A stretch of DNA of 62,924 nt, counting the filler, from Intoshia linei (Eukaryota > Animalia > Orthonectida): the NCBI GenBank assembly GCA_001642005.1. It is 8 parts of 8 records of this genome, joined end to end, with 100 filler letters (N's around TTAATTAATTAA, not from the genome) between each part and the next. Parts side by side here need not be neighbours in the genome. Positions count along the whole stretch, not along the records: positions 49,508 to 54,579 come from LWCA01001831.1; positions 54,680 to 57,530 come from LWCA01002197.1; positions 57,631 to 61,208 come from LWCA01002084.1; positions 61,309 to 62,924 come from LWCA01002566.1; 4 more parts are not named here. One strand, given 5' to 3'. Position 1 is the first letter of the stretch. Every line of letters begins with the position of its first letter. Of this stretch, positions 51,724 to 62,924 are shown in pieces. The position numbers and the translations under genes were made by a program. The notes beneath the pieces are model-generated. The model saw only the letters and a list, made by a program, of their open reading frames with translations, searched no databases and was not told the DNA's origin.

Positions 51724-53190
51724 ATGTGGCGCGACATTTTGAAAATATATTATATTTTTTTATAAATTTGTATTATGCGAAAACGTGGTTATTTTTTTTC
51801 ATTATATTATATTTATGTGGGGTTTCAATTTTTTTGGTTGAATTTTTACCCCAAGGATAACTGGTGGAAATCACTGGTTGTATTGTAGATTTTACAGAAT
51901 ACTATATAAAAATCAGTTGTTAATGTATATATGCACTTGTGTTCATCTATATTTTCACTATTGTTTATTTATACAAGCATTATTGTGCCGTGGTATATGC
52001 AATGTATATTATGCTCAAAAGCAATATAGGTTTTCATTAGTAAATGAAAAAGCTTATAAAGGGCTTCTTCAGAATCGAGGGAAAATATTACACTTCTAGC
52101 TGGGATATAATTTAGATGTGTTATGTGCGTATAAAATTTTCTCATTTATGTAAATTCATCTACAGTACATTCAAATAATATAATTACAAATTCGAACAAC
52201 ACAATTATAGATTCCAACCATATGATCACATATGTGAAAATAATTTCATAGATAATAAAAATAGAAAAATTTGGAAAATTTGATCGATTTTAATTTTAGG
52301 GCGTACTATGATGGAATGTAAAAATTGATTTATTCATACATTAACTTAAGAGAATAAATTTAATTTAAATGTTAATTTAGACTGTTGGAATACCTTTCAG
52401 TATTCCAAATTCGTTTTTTTTGTTTTATATTTACAATTATACTTTTTTCGATTTCGATTCTTCTTTTACATTACAATTTACAATATCATTAGTTAACTTT
52501 GAATAATCTAATTATGCATTTAAGTTGTAGTCATTATGTCGTGGGTTTTAGTGATGTTCATGTTTTCAAAATATATTAGCCCAAATTTTATTTTACATAT
52601 GTATCTCAAAATTTTTCATCGTAGTGTAATGATAATATGATAATACAAAAATCTAGAATTTAATTTTTGCATCCATGATCCCACTAGAAAAATAAGTTAT
52701 TATGGACAATTTTCGGTCACATAGGACGCAATCAACCAGAAAACTATACTCTAGTTACTGTAATATTCCCCATAACTTACCCTACACACTTCAATTTAGT
52801 CCAATGGTATCATTATTTTCATTTATCATATCAAGGTACGATTTTCATTTAAATTAATGTGAAATTACAATTAAAATACAATTTATGCAGAGAAGTTAAA
52901 AAAGCTACTAATATTAATTAAAATATAATTTAATACATGTATGACAGCACAAAAGTGTAAATATAAATGAACAATTTTCACTCTGTATATTAACTCAAGT
53001 CTATAAATAAATAAAAAACTCTGTAATATAATATATTAGAAAAATTGGACGATGAAAACCAAGAGAAAGTAATGAGACTATGTAAAGCTTTTCCACGTAT
53101 TAATCAAAAAGCAATTATAATAGAATTTTACAATAATTATCTTGATTCAGATTCTACTTATGTTGCATTACAAGACATAAATGCTGATTA
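51724..53190 (+). CDS. Possible multi-pass membrane protein with a C-terminal CUE/UBA-like domain (model unresolved, may be degenerate)
   Basis: Hydrophobic exon-like stretches at 51780-52610; last exon KLDDENQEKVMRLCKAFPRINQKAIIIEFYNNYLDSDSTYVALQDINAD* has the CUE-type FP pattern. Confidence 0.35.
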
Positions 53191-53630
53191 AACTTATATT
53201 TTTTCAATTTTGATTGTCTACAGTGCCCGACATAAGTCTTAGGCACCCCAATTGTAATTAATTTAAACACTCCTGGTTCATGATGTAAGACATTTTCTTA
53301 TATCATATCTAGTGTATGATCAGGAATGGCTCAAATGCTGTTATCAGCATTACTGTGCCGTTAATAAAGACAGCGCTGCTATCAAAAAAACAGCCGCTGT
53401 TAACAAATATTTTAACAGCATTTAAAAATGTGGTGTTTTTAATGTCATATTTATATTATAGAGACCATATTTATGTGAAAAAGGTACATACCATGATAAG
53501 ATTACATTTTTAGTTATAATTGATCTTAAAAAATTATCACTAATATTTATTCTAAAATTACTGAATTTCATTAAAAAAATGCATTGATGTCAATTTCAAT
53601 AAATTATAATAATACACGATATAATTTAAT

Positions 53631-54329
53631 CTAAAAAAATTTATTGAGACACTCATAAACATTGCTGTAATTATATCTAATAAATAAAGTGTTGTGTAAA
53701 GTTTCTGTAGATAAGTTTGCTCGAAAATTAGAATGAATTTGTCTATGTTTAGAAAAAGCTTGCTCTACTGATGCTTCCGATATTGACATTTTTAATATTA
53801 AGTAAACCAACTTCCGATGCAAAAGAAAGTCATTTAAATTAATATTCATATCCAACAATTATAAATGTATCAGTTGACTAACTTCTTTTTTAAAATCTAT
53901 ATGCTTGGAAATGGGAAGGACAGAAGTTGCCCATTTTTTAAAAAACAATTCCTGATCTTCTACATATATAAATAATGATTGACTTTGTGGAATTATATGT
54001 TTTATCAGATGAGAAACCACTAATCCAAATTTAAATTTGTTAAATAATATCCATCTTTTTTTCCATATATTTAATAATGTATTTATTGTTGGTGCATTTA
54101 TTAATTCTAATAACGAGGTGTTCCAAAAAATATATACACTTTGAAATGCAGTTAATAACGTTTCAACGTTTGCATTATCTTTTTGAATATTGTATAGTTC
54201 TTCAGATACATTTTTCAATATAGCGACACACTTTTTCAAATCTATCTGAAAGCTAGTTGTTCCTAGATTAGTTGTTATTGCCTTATTTAGAATTTCATCT
54301 AGTGATCGTGTAACGTGGCAATTGACCAC
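53631..54329 (-). mobile_element. hAT transposase C-terminal pseudogene with dimerisation domain
   Basis: ISEASVEQAFSKHRQIHSNFRANLS...LFIRYN; in-frame stop between the two ORFs. Confidence 0.75.
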
Positions 54330-54679
54330 AATTAATTAATTTATCTACAGTGCAATCGCGTTAAGTCAAATTGAAAATTTTAATAAAAATTGCACTTTTG
54401 AATAAATTGCACTTTCGGAATAAATATATCGTGATTAAACTTGTTTCAAAATGATGTAAAATGTCAGAAATGCAGTGACAATCATAAAAATAGATGATAT
54501 TTAATGAAATTGTAAATTTAACTTGGCGAGATGCAAATTTAACACATAAATATTTTTAATTTTACAATTAAGTTAATTANNNNNNNNNNNNNNNNNNNNN
54601 NNNNNNNNNNNNNNNNNNNNNNNTTAATTAATTAANNNNNNNNNNNNNNNNNNNNNNNNNNNNNNNNNNNNNNNNNNNN

Positions 54680-54987
54680 AAAAATGCTCCTTCTGTTAAT
54701 GACCCAGCGGAGAGAGCATTAATGAAATTCAAGTAAGCCATTACCATATTTGATATAGAAGACGAACGACAAAAAATTGTATCAATGATAATGATTCATA
54801 ATATTGTAAATGTATTATAATATAATTATTTCTTGAAAATTTTCCGAAATTTTTAATGTCTTCCTGCGGATTCAATCCTTAATTATATGTATTAAAATTG
54901 AGCCATTCTTAATAATTTATTGATGTGAACCGAATTATCCCTGAGCGGCAAGCAAAATCTAAAAAAATGTAAAATGTTGACACCCTA
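54680..54987 (+). mobile_element. 3' end of a hATm-type element
   Basis: NAPSVNDPAERAL followed by TIR gttgacacccta; the same end occurs reversed at 60505-60550. Confidence 0.65.
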
Positions 54988-55526
54988 GTGACCAGTCACC
55001 CTCATGAGAAGCATTAATCCTACTATTGCTATTTATTCCGATTCAGATAAATGAAAAATGTGGTGTTAATTTATATGAGTGAATTAAGGATTAATTTTAA
55101 TTGAAATTTATTAATTAAAACTTATTGATATTAAAATTTAAAGAAAACTATTTTATTAGACCTAAAATTTAGGTCCAGAGAAAACTTTCTCAATGTCGAA
55201 GTAAATTTTGTGCGGTCGTAGTATCAATGAAAAACGTAGCATTGTGGCTGAATTGGTGGAAAGGTTGTGCACCCCTGGCTTAAGGCTTAAGCGATTATAG
55301 CCATAATTGAAAAAATATAACTTTTGTCAAATCTCAAATGTAAATTATCATTAAAAAAAAAGCCATGATCAAATCTCTCAAATTTTTCATCAAAAACATC
55401 ATATTTGTCAAAAAGTCAAATATAACTCTAACACTGCGATATATGAAACAATAAAAATTTTTACTAAAATTTCAAAAATACAACCATTTTTACTAAAAAT
55501 CAAAAGTGACCAACAACTTAAGCCAA

Positions 55527-55635
55527 AGATCCAGTTTTACCAACCCTATAGTGAAAATTCGAGTTTTATTAAACCTAAAAAGAAGAATCCAGTTTCACCA
55601 ACACTTAAGGGAAAATTCTAGTTTTACCAACCCGT
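55527..55635. repeat. Degenerate ~30-bp minisatellite (4 units)
   Basis: Recurring (c/g/t)agttt(t/c)a(cc/tt)aa core at roughly 29-30 bp spacing. Confidence 0.5.
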
Positions 55636-56308
55636 AATTTTATAAAAACAAATTACCTGATCCACACATGAATCATTATACTTTTCCAGCCTATTTAATA
55701 TTATTGAATTTTCACTGACAAAATCACATATTTTTTTTCTATAATATTGCAGTAATTGATGAGATGGATTCAAATTTGCTGAATAGAAAAAAATTTACTC
55801 GAAAATTAAATTAAAGTACCCAATCTTTCTTCTAAATTATCTACATGTTTTTCGCATTCCTCATTATTTAAATCCATATCAGTTTAATATTTAGTTTATC
55901 CAATACATTGACAACCAAAAAATATAAACAAGATTTCATCATATTATTTTTAAACATTATGAAAAAAATGATTATAATTTGAGTCAAATTGAAATGACAT
56001 TGGCTATGCAATGTTAAAAAGGATGTTATCAACAACCCCGCCTCATTTTTAAAAAATTGTAGACATTTAATTCAATAAAATTTGATCACAAAAATCATTC
56101 CGATTGTTACATGTAACAATTATTTGTATGTATACGATTGCAATTAAAAAATTATTGAAGCTTAAAATCTTAATTATATAAAAATATAATTACAGTATTT
56201 TCTCTATAACTCGCCATTCTTGGGAATTCGAAAAAGTTGACGAGATAGAGAATTTAAAACGATAGAAACAACAGATAAAACATTTAAATTAAACTTTAAT
56301 TTAAAGTG

Positions 56309-56472
56309 ACCAGAAAAATACGTACTATCACTTTTAGTTTATTTGGAATACATTTTTAGTCTTAAAATTTAAATCAAGACGAAAATTTTTATTCGTCATC
56401 GTTAATAGATAGTTTTGGTTTTGCATTTAACACCATATAAACTAAAATTAATAGTACGTATTTTTTCTGGCC
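56309..56472. repeat. Small hairpin MITE, ~37-bp imperfect inverted repeats
   Basis: ccagaaaaatacgtactat..ttttagtttat.tgg versus cca.ataaactaaaa..atagtacgtattttttctgg. Confidence 0.6.
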
Positions 56473-57724
56473 CCTCTATTTAAATGAAAGGTTAAATTGT
56501 AATAAAATGTAAATCGTAACACAAATTGTAAAATTTAATGGCACATTCTCTACACTAAATATCAAAATAGCAAAAATTAAAATGATAAATTAGATTTATT
56601 TTTTTGGTTTAATGTTGAGCATAAATCCTATATTTTACAATAATTATAAAATACCTGTCAAAAAAATTATATTTAAACACTATTTATAGACGTTTTGATG
56701 TATGTTAAATAAAAATTTGTTTTTACAGAATATTAAATATAAATATAAATCGATATATCTAGTTTTGTATAGAATAAAAATAGACCAATTTCGATTTGTT
56801 ACGTTGATAAAATAATTTCTTATCACATACATGTAAAAAATAAATTTTAATTAAAAAATAAGCTGAGATAATTGATAAAATCAAAATCAAAAAAATTTTG
56901 TAACGCCAAAACTTCCAATTATAGTTATTTTAAAATAAATATTTACACATTCTCAATAAAACTTTGAAATTTTAATGTGATGTGAGATAGTTACATATGC
57001 ATCTTATTTGAAAGGGAATTTAGAAATAAGCATCGTTAAGATGTCATTCTGAGACTTTTAAATATTGTAACACCAATAAATTTAAATTAATTAAATGAAT
57101 CAATCAATTGATATAAAAGTGACCAATACACCTGAAAATTGTCCTAATTGCGCAAAAAAGATAAAGAATAACGATGAAGTCAAGAAAAATGACAGAGAAA
57201 GGAAAAAAATTATACAAGAAGGTATATAATTATTATGGTTTTATTTACTAATTGAAAAACTATTATACATTATTCTACATTCAATTAAGTTTTAACTAAT
57301 AATAATTTACACCAAACCTAATATTCTCTATGCCCATAAAAAAAATTCTTTAATTTCGAAAGAATGTCGAGGTTCCCCAAGTAGAAATTATTGGGATCTC
57401 ATAATAATAAATAATATATTATCACATTGACCAAAATTTCAGTACTTCAATATGATAAAATTATGTAGTATATAAAGCACACTTTAAAAAGTGCGCATTA
57501 AGGATAATTATAAAAACGTTGGAAATAAAGNNNNNNNNNNNNNNNNNNNNNNNNNNNNNNNNNNNNNNNNNNNNTTAATTAATTAANNNNNNNNNNNNNN
57601 NNNNNNNNNNNNNNNNNNNNNNNNNNNNNNAATAATGAAAAAAGATGTGTAATTTTTATTTATTGTAGACTGTATTATTTATCATTGATAAAGTATTTAT
57701 TTTATTATAATTATATTATTTTTT

Positions 57725-57963
57725 AGTATTTTTACAAAATTGAATGAACTTAAAAGTGGAATTAATAATTTTTGTACAGACGATGCTTTAAAAATGTTTT
57801 ATGATCTTGAAGATTTAATTAGTAGAGAACTGATAAACCAAGAAAAGAAAAAAACTATTACAGATTACTTTTCAAAAATCTAATTATTGTAAATAAAAAT
57901 TTAAACGTTAAATTTAAAGCACGCATTTTTCAGAAAGCTGTGGTTTAAATCGACAATGACTGT
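57725..57963 (+). mobile_element. pogo/Tigger-like 3' end
   Basis: Frame ends KKKTITDYFSKI* (pogo C-terminal PIP-like motif), followed by ...atcgacaatgACTG-TA terminus. Confidence 0.5.
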
Positions 57964-59240
57964 AAATTGATTTGAAAGTGTAGCCCCCCACGCACGATCT
58001 ACAAACAAGGCTTGTCAATCTTTTAATTCTACTCTGAAGAATAAATACTTAAGAAAAAAACAAGTTAATATTGAACAAATAATAATTAATATATATTAAG
58101 TAACAAAAATATATAATGTATATAACAGTGTTAATTTTTTAAAAAACGGTGAAAAACACACATTCAATTTTATGTAAAGAAAAATCAATAAATTTATAAT
58201 ATACCACGCTAGGGTTAGCATATATTGAGCATATAATAATACCAACACTGATTAATGTAATGGATAAATATTTTTCCATTTTGTATCTAAAAAATATATT
58301 AATAAGCATCAAAACTTATTTTATAGCTTTACAACAGTATTTATGTATTTCTGTTATATATATTATTATTATATGTATATAATAAGGTGTTAACATTTAT
58401 GTAAAACAAAAAATCGAGGGTCGTACTGCATGATAAATGAGTTAAAACTAACCTCTATGATTTTAGTTTTTTATATTACATTACATATTACATATTATAC
58501 TACTCAGCGATTTAAAGTTACTCGTTTTAATTTGAATTGAACTTTATTTTGCGTATTAATTATAAAATTTATAATAATTAACTCTGTCATTTAATAATTC
58601 ATCATAAATATACTTGACTGCCGGCCTTTCGAGTTAATTAACTCTGTGTATTCCACGTTCGACCACTTCGTTTGTTAGAGAAACATGCAATGGTTACTCG
58701 TCTCAATACTTCGTTATTATCAATCATTAATGCCGTAAATTTTATAAAAAGTAGTTCTCTGAATGATACAATATTTAAAGTTTTATGTGAAAATAACGAC
58801 ATTTTTAAGACGTTAATATTGCACACCGAAGATAAGTGGTTTCGAAAGACAATTAAAATTAAAAATTGTTTAAAGCGGTTTATCACGTTATGGGACACAG
58901 TAATGGTATTTCTGAATGAAAGAAACTATGGAATAAATATAAATACTGTAATAAGTGATATTTTTTATCTATTGGATATATTCGATACAAATTGAGTAAA
59001 ATTCTACAAGGTAAAAAAAATAATTTGATTACCAGTAAATAAGCCATTGTATCTTTTATTCAAAAATTGAGAATTTATTCTCACAATCTGGAAAATGGCG
59101 TTTTTGCTATTTCCTAATTTAAACAAAATCAAAAATTTTGATCAACTGATGATATTCTGATTTATTATTATCTGATTATGATTTATTTGACAATCATATT
59201 AAATGTCTGATTATTGATTTTAAAATTAGATTTAACGATT

Positions 59241-59757
59241 GGCTTGTATTTATAGCGTCAGTATTTTAAATAGTTTGTCATTTGATATAATAAATTGTCA
59301 GTATTTTATACTAGTGTCAGTGAACTAGAAATCAGGTATATTGGTTTCTAGATTATAGACCAGATTAACGCGACAAAAATATCATAATGTAAATGACAAC
59401 CGAATAGCAAGATGATTTCGGCAGTCATACTAAAACACAGTATTACTCAAATCTAAATAAGTGAACCCGACCAACGATCATCTAAGCTTATCATATAATA
59501 TACTTATATAATTTAGTATGTACATTATCAACATGGTAATCCAAACCAACCATAACGGACGATTAGTCAAAGTATAATTATATTGAGTAGCCTGAGATCC
59601 TGAACTTCATGTACAACCTATCCACTACTGTAATAGTGGCTTAGTTAGAAGTTAGTTAACTTAATTAGAAACTCATCCTCCAGTGGTAATCTCCCCACTG
59701 ACACTAGATTTATACTGACAGTTTCATAATTAAATATTGACAAATAAATTTGTAGTC
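59241..59757. mobile_element. MULE-like foldback MITE (copy 2) with a 9-bp TSD
   Basis: Flanks TTAACGATT (59232-59240) and TTAAAGATT (59758-59766) match 8/9; G..C termini; TGTCA subterminal repeats shared with 43166-43509. Confidence 0.7.
59315..59703. mobile_element. 389-bp solo LTR
   Basis: TG...CA termini with 8-bp IR TGTCAGTG/CACTGACA and 4-bp CTAG duplication (59311-14, 59704-07). Confidence 0.7.
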
Positions 59758-59978
59758 TTAAAGATTTATTAGATCTTCAAATTATTTATTGGAATTTAGA
59801 TCCATTTTAGATTTCAATATTAGTTTTCCCAATTTCATTTTTAATCGATCACCATTTAATTAATTAAATTCCCAGAAATATTTTATGATAAACAAATATT
59901 TATTCATTTTTAAAAAGTTTAAATTTGACATAAAAACTTACTTTCATTTTAAATTTTGATTCAAATATAATTCCGTTC

Positions 59979-60507
59979 ATGGTCAAATGTACAAGTGATT
60001 TCAAACGAGGTATGATAATTAGTTATCATAAAGAGTGTTATTCATGTAGGAAAATATCTAAAGAAATAGGTGAGTAACGATAGCACAACATTAGTGTAAC
60101 TATCGTTATCATCACTCAGTCTAAAATGAATATATTATGTTAATTCATTCTCTAATAAAATATAATGTTTGATATATAAGTTAATAGTAGTTGACTATTG
60201 AAGTTACGGCTAGTAATTAATATCATTTTAGTTGAAGAATGTACTTATAACTACATTTTTATGAGTTATACGCCCGATTACGTTACTAGGTGTATCCCAA
60301 AAAACTGTTAACAATATAGCCATAAAAGTTACAGAAACTGGTGCTACTGAAAATTTAAACAAATCTGGAAGACCCATAAAAGCTAATTTGACATTAAACT
60401 ATATTGAAACTGAAACTATTATAATAGAATTTATTGTCGAAAAAAGTGGAAGAATAATTCAATATGTTAGGAATTATAGAAATAGTTTAGGCATTCATGC
60501 ATATTAG
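59979..60507 (+). pseudogene. Tc1-like transposase N-terminal HTH; join(59979..60069,60290..60507) gives an open 102-aa frame
   Basis: TSDFKRGMII.YHK..YS.RKISKEIGVSQKTV.NI....ETG.......SGRP is the Tc1 paired-like HTH plus GRP; no DDE domain follows. Confidence 0.75.
60073..60287. mobile_element. 215-bp insertion with 7-bp TIR and 5-bp TSD AGGTG (potential spliceable intron 60070-60289)
   Basis: aggtg-AGTAACG...CGTTACT-aggtg; creates AG|GTGAGT donor and CTAG|GT acceptor. Confidence 0.8.
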
Positions 60508-61309
60508 GGTGTCAACGGTATCTTAAATGAAATGCCGCTCAGGAATAATTAGATACTTATATGCATTTAAAGTGTTAATTCGTTGAAAAAAATTATTTTT
60601 ATACACTAATGAACTTGCAGGCTCCAATTAATTTTTAAAAATAATATTGAAACTTTTATAAAAATAAACATGTTTACTCTACTTTAAAACAATTTATTTA
60701 TTTTAACCTTTTCATTTTAATTTTCTTGGATTTTTAGTAGTTTTGTCATGAAAAATTGTTAATCTAATCATTAGATTCTAATGCTATAAGGTTTGTCTTT
60801 CCAATCGTCTTTGTTGGAATATTTTAAATGAGTTCAATAAGATGATCAATGATNAATCTAATCATTAGATTCTAATGCTATAAGGTTTGTCTTTCCAATC
60901 GTCTTTGTTGGAATATTTTAAATAAGTTCAATAAGATGATCAATGATTATTAATGATTAGTTATATATTATTATGGTCTTAAATACTTTACAGATTAAGT
61001 CTTAATCTGAAAGATTAATAAACAATAACTTATTGTACTATTTCCTTATTATCTACTTAACTATACATACACCAATGTAAGTAATAACTATACTATAACT
61101 AAATTTATGATTATCTAGTTGCGTTTTCGTCATTAATAATTAAACCATAAATAAACTATATTTTCATTGTCGTAGAACATTTCTGAAAAACCTATCAATT
61201 TATTGCAANNNNNNNNNNNNNNNNNNNNNNNNNNNNNNNNNNNNNNNNNNNNTTAATTAATTAANNNNNNNNNNNNNNNNNNNNNNNNNNNNNNNNNNNN
61301 NNNNNNNNT

Positions 61310-62580
61310 GTTTGCGACATCAATGTGATAGTCTTTTTAATTTTTTCTTGTTTCACTGTCAATTTAACACATCGTTGCAATTTTAAGAATAATTGGTATT
61401 AAATATTGTTTTAATTTTGACAATTGTATGTCACCGTAAATGGTTCCCCAATTATTATGCGTGGAGAGTCAATGAACACTGAAATCATAAGACGGTCCAC
61501 TTTGGCAACATTTTTTTGCATCGTAGTAGGCGTTACCGGTTAAATTCATCTAATACAAACAAATCATTGACACTATGATAAAATTTCCAATTTTGTAGGT
61601 AGTACAATGTACTACATTACCTAGTACTTAATACATACTATGTACTCAAAATTAGATAAATTATAATTTATAAATATAAACCGTGGTATAAATTGGTGGG
61701 TATGAGGCCAATATTTTAATTGGATACTTACATTCTTGTTTACCGTTTAAGTGTACTTTTAATTTGTAATATACATATCCGTCAGTGATTTCAAATGAAG
61801 ATGTTGGTCTAAGATAATTATAGATAGATTATATGATACAAACATAATACTACTAGATCCCAAATCCACTGTAAACGAAATCGAGTTCCATCCAGGGCAC
61901 AGCTGGGTTGAATCTAAAAACATGTTTACAATTTTCATCCTGTGCTGTTGAGGAAGGTTACATCTACTATGTAGATGGCCTGTCTATTTCGGTATAAAAG
62001 ACGAAACTATACATAATTTATAAATAAAAAAAATTAGTTTTAAATACGGTATCTATGACAATTTTTAGGATTGGACTGTTTTTAATGTATTTTGAATATT
62101 ATACACACATTCTGTCAAATAAATTAAAAAAATAAGATAACAATTATGTTTAAAATTCTTTACGCAAATGTTAACAAAACAAAATTAAGATAGAATACTT
62201 GACTTTAAAGTAAAAAGTAATGTTATATTTGAGAACCACTCTTTTAAACGATTGATACTAGTGAATAGTTAGATTTTTAAATTAGATTTTCAACGTGAAT
62301 TTATTTTTTTGGTAGAATAAAAATGTGCCCTTTGCAGAGCTAGGTGCTGTTTGTACGTAGTACATACCAGTCAACCTAATAGCATATAACATTATAGATA
62401 AAAATGTACAGTTGATATTTTTTTCTAATTTGCGAAAACTCTTTCTGAGTGTTTTCATATACTTTACTGTCGTTATACCATTATATACGTTGCATAAAAC
62501 AGATATTTTAACTTTCCCAATGATTTCCAGCTTTATATTTTCTAATATAATCGATTCTTTACATTCCATATTAATAGCTC
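61310..62580 (-). pseudogene. Arrestin-domain (alpha-arrestin-like) gene relic; partial duplicate at 62590-62924
   Basis: ESIILENIKLEIIGKVKI; LCPGWNSISFTVDLG...PTSSFEITDGYVYYKLKVHL (arrestin-N LPsSf..G...Y pattern); LMISVFID....IGEPFTV....N (arrestin-C) with stops. Confidence 0.5.
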
Positions 62581-62924
62581 NATATGAAACAAACATAATA
62601 CTACTAGATCCCAAATCCACTGTAAACGAAATCGAGTTCAATCCAGGGCACAGCTGGGTTGAATCTAAAAACATGTTTACAATTTTCATTTTGTGCTGTT
62701 GAGGTTACAGGTGAAGGTTACATCTACTATGTAGATGGCCTGTCTATTTCGGTATAAAAGACGAAACTATACAAAATTTATAAATATAAAAAATTAGTTT
62801 TGAATACGGTATCTATGACAATTTTTGGAATTGGACTGTTTTTAATGTATTTTGAATATTAAATAAATTGAAAAAATGGGATAACAATTATGTTTAAAAT
62901 TCTTTACGCAAATGTTAACAAAAC

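Larger units (their letters stand above)
58672..59830 (+). mobile_element. hAT (Buster/ZBED5/SCAND3-like) transposase pseudogene interrupted by nested insertions
   Basis: IINAVNFIK..LN...F..LC....F.TLILHTEDKW, IFYLLDIF...LQG, then FKIRFND|insertion|KDLLDL...W.LDPF. Confidence 0.8.

Noticed and set aside
60761-60947. Near-perfect ~92-bp tandem duplication
   Set aside because: The copies are joined by a single N at 60854, typical of unmerged contig overlap.

Overview
This is a very AT-rich eukaryotic (metazoan-type) scaffold, not a prokaryotic one. Genes are split by many 35-47 bp GT-AG micro-introns plus a few kb-scale introns packed with transposon debris, so the six-frame ORF track shows only exon fragments. 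The combination resembles the compact genome of the orthonectid Intoshia linei; this is inference, not verified. Gene models rebuilt by hand: first exon of an ABCG-type transporter; a complete 6-exon 422-aa type I membrane protein with a His/Asp-rich stalk; SRPRA (5' part missing); a 287-aa PTPN9-like tyrosine phosphatase lying tail-to-tail with a UBL7-like UBL-UBA gene; PMPCA (3' part lost at a gap, one GC-AG intron); a CTDSP/SCP phosphatase; UTP4; tRNA-Phe(GAA); an arrestin-domain relic; and several unknown genes. Mobile DNA includes mariner, Tc1, pogo/Tigger, PIF/Harbinger (with its own micro-intron), several hAT lineages, Gypsy relics and solo LTRs, MULE-like foldbacks and many MITEs with readable TIRs/TSDs. 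The most notable observations are: (1) a 215-bp insertion whose 5-bp AGGTG target duplication supplies both splice sites, so splicing would restore an intact 102-aa Tc1 HTH ORF (introner-like); (2) a 3.2-kb TIR/TSD-bounded hAT-type element containing an intronless GRAMD1-like pseudogene; (3) a three-level LTR-in-MULE-in-hAT nest. Seven 100-bp N gaps with a TTAATTAATTAA linker and several single-N joins are assembly artefacts. No CRISPR array or prokaryotic system is present, and no novel system is proven by sequence alone.
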